The position numbers and the translations under genes were made by a program. A stretch of DNA of 51,146 nt from Nitrospirota bacterium. Lineage in GTDB: Bacteria > Patescibacteriota > Gracilibacteria > UBA1369 > LOWO2-01-FULL-3. The notes under the pieces were generated by a model. That model saw nothing but the letters and a program-made list of their open reading frames with translations. It searched no databases and was not told the DNA's origin. Positions within the stretch are counted from its first letter, which is position 1. Every line of letters begins with the position of its first letter. This document shows, in pieces, positions 18,220 through 26,109 of the stretch. The stretch lies in NCBI GenBank assembly GCA_030598325.1, contig JAUVQE010000001.1:1-51146 (forward strand). Direction: 5' to 3'.

Positions 18220-19299
18220 ATGCGGTTAAGTACACCTACGGTAAAAATTAGGAATACGAAACTTGGAGGCAAGAACCCGATTGCCATCCAATCTATGACG
18301 AATACGGACACCGCGGACGCTCAGGCTACGGCGACGCAATGTATTGAATTGTATGAAGCGGGTTCAGAATTAGTCAGAATTACTGTGGATAATGAGGCTT
18401 CGGCTGAAGCTGTTCCTGAAATTCGCAAAATTCTTGATGCAAAAGGATACAAAGATCTGCCGTTAATAGGGGATTTTCATTTTATTGGACATAAATTATT
18501 GGAAAAATACCCACAGTGCGCAAAAACTTTGGATAAATACAGAATAAATCCCGGAAATGTAGGTTTTGGGAAATCGCACGACGAAAACTTTGAAAAAATT
18601 ATAAAAATCGCGATTAAAAACAAAAAACCGGTAAGAATTGGAGGGAATTGGGGATCATTGGATCAGGAACTGTTAACAAAATTGATGGATAAAAATCCGG
18701 ACGAAGACATTAGAATCAAAACTTTGGTAAAAAGCACATTAGATTCAGCAAAACTTGCTGAAAAGCTCGGACTAAAACATGACAAAATAGTCCTCAGCGT
18801 AAAAGTCTCAGACGTACAGGAATTAATAAAAGCATACGAATTATTAGTGAAAAAAATGGGACGCAAACCCTACGCACTCCACCTCGGCCTCACAGAAGCG
18901 GGAAGTGGCCTGCAGGGAATAGTTTCTTCCACAGTGGCACTTGCAATTCTTCTCCAAAAAGGCATCGGCGACACAATCCGCATCTCCATCACACCGCAAA
19001 ACAACGAACCAAGAATTCGCGAAGTCCAAGCCTGCAAACACCTCCTCCAATCATTGGATCTCAGACGATTCCAGCCAAAAATAGTTAGTTGTCCGGGCTG
19101 TGGCCGAACCAACAACGCATTATTCCAAAAGATCGTAAAAGAAGTAAATCACTATGTCGGCAAAAACAATCTCGAACCAATCAACATCGCTGTAATGGGT
19201 TGCGTAGTCAATGGTCCGGGCGAATCAAGACAAGCTGACGTCGCTCTCCATCTTCCGGGAAAAAACGAAAAAGTCTCAGCATCTGTCTATATAAAATGA
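18220..19299 (+). CDS. ispG: HMBPP synthase (GcpE)
   Basis: IQSMTNTDTAD motif and C-terminal cluster Cys (SCPGCGRT, MGCVVNGPGE). Confidence 0.92.
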   Translation: MRLSTPTVKIRNTKLGGKNPIAIQSMTNTDTADAQATATQCIELYEAGSELVRITVDNEASAEAVPEIRKILDAKGYKDLPLIGDFHFIGHKLLEKYPQCAKTLDKYRINPGNVGFGKSHDENFEKIIKIAIKNKKPVRIGGNWGSLDQELLTKLMDKNPDEDIRIKTLVKSTLDSAKLAEKLGLKHDKIVLSVKVSDVQELIKAYELLVKKMGRKPYALHLGLTEAGSGLQGIVSSTVALAILLQKGIGDTIRISITPQNNEPRIREVQACKHLLQSLDLRRFQPKIVSCPGCGRTNNALFQKIVKEVNHYVGKNNLEPINIAVMGCVVNGPGESRQADVALHLPGKNEKVSASVYIK

Positions 19300-19370
19300 A
19301 AATTTTCACAAACACTAAAAGGTGATAATATTACAGAGAAATTTATAGAAATAATCAAAAAAACAACCAC

Positions 19371-20174
19371 ATGAAACAATATCTGGAATTAGTTCAGGAA
19401 ATACTGGATAAAGGGGAAGAAAAATCCGATCGAACGGGCACGGGCACAATTTCGCTATTCGGTGCACAAAAAAAATACGATCTCCGTGACGGATTTCCAT
19501 TAGTGACCACAAAAAAAGGAATATTCAGATCAGTTCTAAAAGAACTTCTCTGGTTCTTATCAGGTTCGCAGACAATAAAGGATCTGGATTGCCACATTTG
19601 GGATGAATGGGCGGACGAAGACGGAAATATCGGGCCATTATATGGGTATCAATGGGTAAAATGGGAAAAATTCGAAGAAGTGGAACATGGAAAATTTCTG
19701 AAAACCCATATAAATCAGATACAAAACGCTATAGATCTCATAAAAAACAATCCCGATTCCAGAAGAATCATAGTTAGTGCATGGAATGTCGCGGATCTTG
19801 ATAAAATGGCGCTATATCCATGTCACGCATTCTTCCAGTTTTATGTAATAAACGGCAGACTCGACTGCCAGCTTTACCAAAGAAGCGCGGATATAGCACT
19901 CGGCGTCCCGTTTAATATCGCCAGCTATTCGGCTCTTATGATAATGGTCGCTCAAGAATGTAACCTCGAACCGGGAATTTTCACTCATACAATAGGGGAT
20001 GCCCACATTTACTTGAATCATGTAGACGGACTTAAAGAACAACTCACAAGAAAACCATACCCGTTACCGACCCTGAAACTAGCGAAAAAACCGTTTTGGG
20101 AAATAAAATATGAAGATTTTGAACTCGAAAATTATCAGCACCATCCATTTATTAAATTTCCGATAGCAGTATGA
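19371..20174 (+). CDS. thyA: thymidylate synthase
   Basis: [12 protein letters not shown] (catalytic Cys) and [16 protein letters not shown]. Confidence 0.95.
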   Translation: MKQYLELVQEILDKGEEKSDRTGTGTISLFGAQKKYDLRDGFPLVTTKKGIFRSVLKELLWFLSGSQTIKDLDCHIWDEWADEDGNIGPLYGYQWVKWEKFEEVEHGKFLKTHINQIQNAIDLIKNNPDSRRIIVSAWNVADLDKMALYPCHAFFQFYVINGRLDCQLYQRSADIALGVPFNIASYSALMIMVAQECNLEPGIFTHTIGDAHIYLNHVDGLKEQLTRKPYPLPTLKLAKKPFWEIKYEDFELENYQHHPFIKFPIAV

Positions 20175-20689
20175 AGCACAAAATATACGTAATAGCCGGA
20201 GTCGATAAAAATTTTGGCATTGGAAAAAACAATGATCTTCCATGGCATTTCAGCAAAGATATGGAATTTTTCAAAAAAACGACAATAAAAACGCAGGATC
20301 CGAAAAAAAAGAATATGCTCGTAATGGGGAGCACGACCTGGGAATCAATTCCAAAAAAATATAGACCATTCAAAGATAGGGAAAACGCGGTTCTCGCATG
20401 GGATCCGGATTATAAGGCGGAAGGGGCAAAAGTTTTCGGATCAATTGATGAAGCCCTGGATTCCGCGGGAGACGATATAGAAAAAATATTTTTTATTGGT
20501 GGAGGAATGGTTTATAGGGAATCTGTTAAACATCCGAAACTAACCGGCATTTACCTCACACACATTGATAGAGAATATGATTGCGACACTTTTTTCCCGG
20601 AAATTCCGGAAAAATTCAACAAAAAAGAGAAGATCGGCGAAGAACATGAAAAAGGAATCAAACTCGAATTTTTACTTTATACTATTTAG
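20171..20689 (+). CDS. folA: dihydrofolate reductase
   Basis: ATGA overlap with thyA. Motifs [17 protein letters not shown] and GGGMVY. Confidence 0.85.
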   Translation: MKHKIYVIAGVDKNFGIGKNNDLPWHFSKDMEFFKKTTIKTQDPKKKNMLVMGSTTWESIPKKYRPFKDRENAVLAWDPDYKAEGAKVFGSIDEALDSAGDDIEKIFFIGGGMVYRESVKHPKLTGIYLTHIDREYDCDTFFPEIPEKFNKKEKIGEEHEKGIKLEFLLYTI

Positions 20690-21419
20690 CTAATTCAGCT
20701 TCTATAATTTGTTCGAAATTTTCAAACGGCTGAGCTCCCACAAGTAATGTCCCGTTTATAAGAAAGGAAGGCGTTCCGCTAACTCCGACCGCCTGCCCGG
20801 CAGATACATCCGCGAATATCTCCATCTGGAACTTATCGCTCGCCATACATTCTTTGTAAACATCGGGATCAACCTCAACATCTCTTGCAAATCCCTCTAA
20901 CGCAATCGCGACAGCCTCGGCGTCTCCATTCAACCTGTCTTGATTCTCAAAAAGCTTATCGTGCATCGCAAAATATCCTTCATCTCCGAGCTGATCGCGA
21001 ACACACTCAGCGGCCAAAGCCGCAGGATAAGCCCCTTCATGAAAACTCAAAGGAAAATCTCTAAAAACCAGCTTTACTTTGCCGGTTTCAACATATTTCT
21101 CCTTTAATTCCTGATATGCATCATTATAAAATTTTGAACAGTAAGGACATTGATATTCGGAAAATTCTACAATTGTGACAGGCGCATTAGGGTCACCCAA
21201 AACCGCATCATCATCGATAAGCTCATCCATGCTTAAAGGTTCCGCATCGGGCTGTTCAGCCGGCGCAGGGCCTTCAACATATTCGGCAACTCCATCAATC
21301 ACAGCGGCCTTAAGTGCGTCACTGTCGCAACCAACCTGCGTTCCCAGATAAACAAGAGCACCACCAAGTACAACTGTAGCGACAAGAATAGTGACAACCA
21401 AACCATTATTATTTTTCAT
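20682..21419 (-). CDS. DsbA-family thiol:disulfide oxidoreductase, membrane anchored
   Basis: N-terminal TM helix and a thioredoxin fold with CPYC. Confidence 0.75.
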   Translation of the reverse strand: MKNNNGLVVTILVATVVLGGALVYLGTQVGCDSDALKAAVIDGVAEYVEGPAPAEQPDAEPLSMDELIDDDAVLGDPNAPVTIVEFSEYQCPYCSKFYNDAYQELKEKYVETGKVKLVFRDFPLSFHEGAYPAALAAECVRDQLGDEGYFAMHDKLFENQDRLNGDAEAVAIALEGFARDVEVDPDVYKECMASDKFQMEIFADVSAGQAVGVSGTPSFLINGTLLVGAQPFENFEQIIEAELAK

Positions 21420-21449
21420 AATTAAAATGCTTAAAAAATACGTGCGGTA

Positions 21450-21478
21450 ACTATAAGCGATTTTAGACTGATTTGCCA
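21450..21478 (-). promoter_or_regulatory. candidate promoter of the dsbA-like gene
   Basis: On the minus strand: TGGCAA (21478-21473), 17-nt spacer, TATAGT (21455-21450). Confidence 0.45.
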
Positions 21479-21490
21479 GAGATTTTTACG

Positions 21491-21544
21491 AAAAAGAGTT
21501 TGTAGGGTAGCAAAGTACCGATAGGAGGCCACACAGACAAACTC
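21491..21544 (-). terminator. candidate terminator of the small Gln/Arg-rich gene
   Basis: 8-bp stem GAGTTTGT/ACAAACTC (21496-21503 / 21537-21544) with a 33-nt structured loop. T5 on the minus strand at 21495-21491. Confidence 0.4.
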
Positions 21545-21554
21545 AATAGATATA

Positions 21555-21818
21555 CTATAAGATGATCTGTCTGGCGCAACAGTCCAGCTCCCAGTAGAAC
21601 GTATGCTCTCCTTTGCACGTCGGACACTTGAACGGTCCTCTGGAAGTAGCTACCATACGCGAGGAATCCAAGCATTCCTGCTGCTGCCGCTGTTCCTGCT
21701 GCTGCCGCTGTTCCTCCTGCTGCTGTTCCTCCTGCTGTTGTCGTAACCGCTGTCGCTGTCGCTGTTGTTTAGCTCGTTGTTTAGCAAGCAACTTCTGCTG
21801 TCTTTTGGTTCGCGCCAT
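21555..21818 (-). CDS. small basic Gln/Arg-rich protein with C-terminal Cys knuckles (CPTC...CC), unknown function
   Basis: SD AAGGAG (21833-21828) lies 9 nt before ATG 21818. 87 codons. CAG/CGN-rich and G+C-rich relative to neighbours. Confidence 0.45.
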   Translation of the reverse strand: MARTKRQQKLLAKQRAKQQRQRQRLRQQQEEQQQEEQRQQQEQRQQQECLDSSRMVATSRGPFKCPTCKGEHTFYWELDCCARQIIL

Positions 21819-22058
21819 CCTTTTCCTCTCCTTGGTGTTTTGCTACCCTACTTGTCAAAAGTAAACGGTCAGACACGACCGCTACAAAGTAGGGCATGTG
21901 TCATAGGAACGATTACATGACACAATCCTACACTATAAAACAGCCAGAAGTCAAGCAGAAGTCCGACACCAATCAGCACTACCAAAAAGCATTGATTTAA
22001 ATCTCTCGTAACTTTAAAATTCCCCTGTACGCAAATTCTGTATGCAAATTGACAACGT

Positions 22059-22133
22059 GCCGGGGTAGCTCAGTGGTAGAGCAAAGGATTGAAAATCCTT
22101 GTGTCGACAGTTCAATTCTGTCTCCCGGCACCA
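22059..22133 (+). tRNA. tRNA-Phe (anticodon GAA), CCA encoded
   Basis: Hand-folded. Acceptor GCCGGGG/TCCCGGC, D arm GCTC-AGTGGTA-GAGC, anticodon arm AAGGA-TTGAAAA-TCCTT, T arm GACAG-TTCAATT-CTGTC. Confidence 0.9.
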
Positions 22134-23236
22134 CTTGTAAACACATAGGCTGAAATCGAAGCAGTAATAGGAATCAGCACAACCAATGAAATTGCACCAA
22201 TAAATGTCCGTGTTAGCTCCAAAGCAATAAAATCCATATTTATCAATTCGCTCAAGGTGCTTCCCTGACTCAACGCAATAAGAATTAGGAATGGCATAGC
22301 GCTGGCCAGATACGCAAAAAGCAAAGTGTTTATCATAGAGCCAAGAATGTCTTTTCCTATTTCCATACCGATTTTATAAATCTTTTTGAAGGTTTGTCTT
22401 GCATGTTCCTTCACCGCTTCAAATATAGCCGAAGATATGGAAATGGCGGTATCAATCAAGGCACCTATTGCTCCCATGAATAACGAGGCGATAAGGATGT
22501 CTGAAAGCCCTATATTGGGGTACATTATCCCCAACATGCGAAATTCTTCACCAGGGGTATTTCCCAGTCCCGCGAAGTCTTTAAACAAAAAAGCAATATA
22601 GATTGAGAGTATATACCCTATAAAAATTGCTGTTATTGCTGATAGCGATTTTTTATTAAAGCCATGGATTAGTGGAATGGTGAGAAGGGTCACTATCAAG
22701 GTGAAAATCAGACAGGAGAATATAGGGGAATAACCCGCTATAATCATTCCCAGAAAAACGAAGTAGAATAAAGTTAAAGAGATAATAATACTCAAAATAG
22801 CGGTTATTCCCTTTTTACGAGCAATTAAGATCGTAGTAGCGGCGAAAATGATAAAAATCCAAGTAAGTCCGCCCTGATGATAATAGTCGGCAGTTTCATA
22901 GCTGGTTTTTCCTGTCGCCACTTCCATCATTTTATAAATTTGAACTTCATCACCGACTTCATAAGTATTAAAATTATTCATTGAACTCACAGGCGCAATA
23001 ATAGTTTCCCCTTTTTCTTCCCCTGAATTGGCTTTAACAACAAGCTGAATTTCACCTTCTTCCGACGGGGCACTTATTTCTCTTACCTCTCCGTGAATAA
23101 ATTCATAAGTATAATTTCCGTTTTGCTCAATTGAAGAAAATTCCGGTGTTTGATTGTAAATAACCAAAGTGAAGATAACAGTCGCAATTGCAAAAATTGC
23201 GTACAGGGACGTGAATATTTTTTTCAGTTTACTCAT
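22112..23236 (-). CDS. YibE/F-like polytopic membrane protein
   Basis: N-terminal TM helix, an extracytoplasmic domain (VVKANSGEEKGETIIAPV), then about 7 TM helices. The last 22 nt overlap tRNA-Phe on the opposite strand. Confidence 0.6.
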   Translation of the reverse strand: MSKLKKIFTSLYAIFAIATVIFTLVIYNQTPEFSSIEQNGNYTYEFIHGEVREISAPSEEGEIQLVVKANSGEEKGETIIAPVSSMNNFNTYEVGDEVQIYKMMEVATGKTSYETADYYHQGGLTWIFIIFAATTILIARKKGITAILSIIISLTLFYFVFLGMIIAGYSPIFSCLIFTLIVTLLTIPLIHGFNKKSLSAITAIFIGYILSIYIAFLFKDFAGLGNTPGEEFRMLGIMYPNIGLSDILIASLFMGAIGALIDTAISISSAIFEAVKEHARQTFKKIYKIGMEIGKDILGSMINTLLFAYLASAMPFLILIALSQGSTLSELINMDFIALELTRTFIGAISLVVLIPITASISAYVFTSGAGRQN

Positions 23237-23284
23237 GGCTGTATGTTAGCAAATTTGAGTGTAAGTGGTAATAGAAAAACGGCA

Positions 23285-23319
23285 TTGACAAATAATCGTA
23301 ATGAATATATATTCATTAC
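23285..23319 (+). promoter_or_regulatory. promoter (TTGACA-17-TATATT) overlapped by a 22-bp perfect palindrome (candidate operator)
   Basis: -35 at 23285-23290 and -10 at 23308-23313. Palindrome GTAATGAATATATATTCATTAC at 23298-23319. Confidence 0.55.
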
Positions 23320-23345
23320 AGGTATGTTATTTAACCAAAATTACT

Positions 23346-23579
23346 ATGCCGAATTCAGACGGAACAGGACCTATGGGACAAGGACCTTTAACAGGTAGAG
23401 GAGGGGGAAAATGCGGGGTGGTTGGACAAGGTGGCGGTTATGGAAGAGGTATGAGAGGAAGTCTTTGTCGTTTTGGACAGAAAGGCTCTACTCCTGTATC
23501 TTTGAGCAAAGAAGAACAGAAGAAAATTTTGCAGGAGGAGAAAAAGGGGATTGATAAAATGTTAAAAGAGTTAGAATAA
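23346..23579 (+). CDS. DUF5320 family protein
   Basis: MPNSDGTGPMGQGPLTGRGGG, a Gly-rich region and a C-terminal coiled coil, typical of DUF5320. Confidence 0.8.
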   Translation: MPNSDGTGPMGQGPLTGRGGGKCGVVGQGGGYGRGMRGSLCRFGQKGSTPVSLSKEEQKKILQEEKKGIDKMLKELE

Positions 23580-23585
23580 AACGTT

Positions 23586-23879
23586 ATGCCAAGACCAAGA
23601 AGAACGAGATTAGTGGGGTGTATGCCCCAAGCTATTTATTTTAAACCCGCAGGAGTTAAGATGCGGCAATTGAATGAAGTCATTTTAAGTATAGAAGAAT
23701 TTGAAGCCATCAGACTCAAGGATTTTAAAAGTTTAAGCCAGGAGGAGTGCGCAAAAAAGATGGGGATATCTCAACCCACTTTTCACAGATTGGTTTTGAT
23801 AGCGAGAAAAAAAGCCGCTGATGCAATTATCAACGGCAAGGCTCTCAAAATAGAGGGAGGCAATTTTAAAAAATATTAG
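23586..23879 (+). CDS. DUF134 (UPF0251) predicted DNA-binding protein
   Basis: MPRPRRTRLVGCMPQAIYFKPAGV...EEFEAIRLKD...QEECAKKMGISQPTFHRL (HTH). Confidence 0.85.
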   Translation: MPRPRRTRLVGCMPQAIYFKPAGVKMRQLNEVILSIEEFEAIRLKDFKSLSQEECAKKMGISQPTFHRLVLIARKKAADAIINGKALKIEGGNFKKY

Positions 23880-23945
23880 ATATTTGCTTCTATTTGCAAA
23901 AAAATAATGTAATGAGTAGAATCTTCTCAGTTTTTGCATATAATT

Positions 23946-24758
23946 ATGGATTTTCAAACTATTATCATAGCCTTTGGTTTAACCTTACTTGCTGGCTTAT
24001 CTACAGGGATAGGAGGAGCATTGGCCCTTTTTACAAAGCGTACAAACACAAAATTACTTTCAGTAGCATTGGGTTTTTCAGCAGGTGTTATGATTTATGT
24101 TTCATTTGTCGAAATTTTACCGGAAGCGACAAAGTGTTTTTCAGAAGAACTTGGAGAGGACGCCGCATGTTGGGCTAGTTACATCGCCTTTTTTGTAGGT
24201 ATTTTTCTTGCCGCTGTTATTGATAAATTATTGCCATCTTTTGAAAATCCACATGAAATACACAAAATTGAAGAAATAGAAGATAAAAAACTGGCAAAGC
24301 AATATCGGAAACTTTTTAAAATGGGAATATTGACAGCGGTTGTAATAGCTATACATAATTTTCCAGAAGGTATCGCAACATTTTTTAGTGCCTTAAAAGA
24401 TTTAAAACTTGGAATTGCTGTAGCATTTGCAATTGCAATTCACAACATACCGGAAGGTATTGCAGTATCCATACCAATATATTTTGCCACAGGAAGTCGA
24501 AAAAAGGCTTTTGCATATTCTTTTTTGTCTGGGTTAGCTGAACCTGTTGGAGCACTAATCGGGTATTTTATACTCTCATCTGTTTTTAACGGAATAGCAT
24601 TTGGAGTAGTCTTCGCTTCGGTTGCTGGAATAATGGTCTTTATTTCACTAGACCAGCTTTTGCCCACGGCAAAAAAATATGGAGAACATCATTTGTCCAT
24701 GTATGGTTTAATTGCTGGAATGGCGTTTATGGGGTTGAGTTTGCTTCTGTTCAATTAA
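23946..24758 (+). CDS. zupT: ZIP-family zinc transporter
   Basis: Duplicated HNFPEGIA / HNIPEGIAV motifs and 8 TM helices. ATG 23946; the track ORF starts at TTG 23934. Confidence 0.88.
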   Translation: MDFQTIIIAFGLTLLAGLSTGIGGALALFTKRTNTKLLSVALGFSAGVMIYVSFVEILPEATKCFSEELGEDAACWASYIAFFVGIFLAAVIDKLLPSFENPHEIHKIEEIEDKKLAKQYRKLFKMGILTAVVIAIHNFPEGIATFFSALKDLKLGIAVAFAIAIHNIPEGIAVSIPIYFATGSRKKAFAYSFLSGLAEPVGALIGYFILSSVFNGIAFGVVFASVAGIMVFISLDQLLPTAKKYGEHHLSMYGLIAGMAFMGLSLLLFN

Positions 24759-25132
24759 ACAGCTTTCCACAATCCGTGAAGATTACAGTACTCACGAACC
24801 TCGATAGATTCTGATGTAATTGGAAATTCTGCTTCCGGTTTATCTCCCGGCTTTAAATATTTTCGATAAACTTTTCCATCCGCCAAAACCTCAATCCATT
24901 CAATATAGTGGTTTTCATCCATTGGATGAGCTATTTCTCCAACTTTTACCTTAATTCCTGTTTCAGTTTTTTCAATCACAGGAACATGTTTTTCTTGCGT
25001 CGCGTCTTCAGTATTTTCCTTCATAAGCCTCATAGGTTGAGCACAGCAAACCAGTTCACCAACTCCGGTATGCAGCACCTCAACGATATTTCCGCAAACA
25101 TCACACTTGTAGATTTGATTTAATTTAGTCAT
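24755..25132 (-). CDS. dfx: desulfoferrodoxin (2Fe superoxide reductase)
   Basis: N-terminal [10 protein letters not shown]...VCC desulforedoxin module, then KHVPVIE...HPM...CNLHGLW centre II. Confidence 0.93.
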   Translation of the reverse strand: MTKLNQIYKCDVCGNIVEVLHTGVGELVCCAQPMRLMKENTEDATQEKHVPVIEKTETGIKVKVGEIAHPMDENHYIEWIEVLADGKVYRKYLKPGDKPEAEFPITSESIEVREYCNLHGLWKAV

Positions 25133-25184
25133 AGCAATAAATAGTTATTATGGCTAACCTACATTTATAATAGTCCTAGAAAAT

Positions 25185-25421
25185 CTATTTAAAAAACTTC
25201 GTATATTTCTTCTTGTAAGTATGAATATTATAAGCGATATTCAACAGAATAACCGCCATGACAATCAAAAGTGCGGCTACAAGAAGATCAAGAACTTGAG
25301 GGAAAAAAGGAATGATGATACCCAAAGCAAGACTTACAACGGCAAGAAGAATGAAGTTAATCATCAAAATATTAAGAGTCCTGTTAACTTTTCCCAGGAC
25401 CGGAACGTTGTCGACATCCAT
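25185..25421 (-). CDS. small two-TM membrane protein
   Basis: 78-aa ORF with two hydrophobic helices and a basic tail. No obvious SD. Confidence 0.5.
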   Translation of the reverse strand: MDVDNVPVLGKVNRTLNILMINFILLAVVSLALGIIIPFFPQVLDLLVAALLIVMAVILLNIAYNIHTYKKKYTKFFK

Positions 25422-25451
25422 AAAAAATTGGTTAATACTTGCGAAAATTCT

Positions 25452-25500
25452 AGCATAATAAAGAAAGGACCGCTAGAAGATTTTACTCTGGTAGCGGTCC
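25452..25500 (-). terminator. intrinsic terminator (minus strand)
   Basis: GGACCGCTA/TAGCGGTCC 9-bp stem (25467-25475 / 25492-25500), followed on the minus strand by TTTCTTTATTA. Confidence 0.6.
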
Positions 25501-25641
25501 TTCTGACCGATAAGCTCGTGACGGCCGAAGCCATCAAAAGGATACCGGAGGGCTGGGATCCACTACTACAACCGAAGTCGTAACAGTGAAGGCCAGTGAT
25601 GCAGCTGAGAAATAAAACCGAAGTCTCATCTCCCAATTGCA
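25452..25641 (-). ncRNA. unclassified structured RNA (sRNA, or leader of the small membrane protein gene)
   Basis: Three hairpins capped by C(UUCG)G at 25607-25634 (12 bp), 25561-25588 (12 bp) and 25519-25536 (7 bp), plus a terminator. It has its own promoter. Confidence 0.5.
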
Positions 25642-25646
25642 CGTAT

Positions 25647-25675
25647 ATAATAACACATTTTTAAAAATAACGCAA
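25647..25675 (-). promoter_or_regulatory. promoter of the structured RNA
   Basis: On the minus strand: TTGCGT (25675-25670), 17-nt spacer ending in TGt, TATTAT (25652-25647). Confidence 0.55.
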
Positions 25676-25732
25676 TACCCAAATTCAAAAAAGTAGTATA
25701 ATATTAAAGTACAAATCTTTAACCAGTCATCT

Positions 25733-26104
25733 ATGGATGTAAATTACTTTATGCAGAATCTGTCGAAGCGGGAAGAAGAGTCTTTCAAGGACTATGTAGC
25801 TGAAAAGTTACCGGCGTTCGAAAATTTACTGACAAAGTTTGCAGACGATGCCCGATTGCTCAAAGTTACAATCGAAAAATTTGAAAAACACGACGCATAT
25901 GAAATTGAGTTTTGTTTAACTCTTCCTACAAAGTCCATGTACGCAAAAGAAGCAAGCCATACAATAACAAAAGCTGTGGATCTTTCTAAAGACCGCCTTA
26001 TCAGCCAGTTAAAAAAACACATGGCACTACTTCGGAAAGATCGCTCTCATAAATCAATACGTGACGCAGAAACGGTTAAGGAAAAAGTTGAAGTTTGGGA
26101 ATAA
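25733..26104 (+). CDS. hpf: ribosome hibernation factor (HPF/RaiA family, short form)
   Basis: By eye it aligns to the YfiA/HPF pattern (FKDYVAEKLPAFENLL...LLKVTIEK...AKEASHTITKAVDLSKDRLISQLKKH). Confidence 0.65.
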   Translation: MDVNYFMQNLSKREEESFKDYVAEKLPAFENLLTKFADDARLLKVTIEKFEKHDAYEIEFCLTLPTKSMYAKEASHTITKAVDLSKDRLISQLKKHMALLRKDRSHKSIRDAETVKEKVEVWE

Positions 26105-26109
26105 AGTGC

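Noticed and set aside
21795-21818. The N-terminus MARTKRQ resembles the histone H3 tail (ARTKQTARK)
   Set aside because: The match is a seven-residue basic motif with no histone fold behind it. I treat it as coincidence.
21613-21864. Cys-rich plus-strand ORF (CCCRCSCCCRCSSCCC...), considered as a metallothionein or RiPP precursor
   Set aside because: It is the opposite-strand reading (CTG/TGC) of the CAG repeat, has only a TTG start and has no RBS. The minus-strand frame has AAGGAG, an ATG and a terminator.
24843-24851. 9-nt match (TCTCCCGGC) to the tRNA-Phe 3' region inside dfx, considered as a possible att repeat
   Set aside because: A 9-mer is expected by chance at roughly 0.2-0.4 occurrences in a window this size. 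It also lies inside a conserved coding sequence and lacks the CCA-proximal bases.
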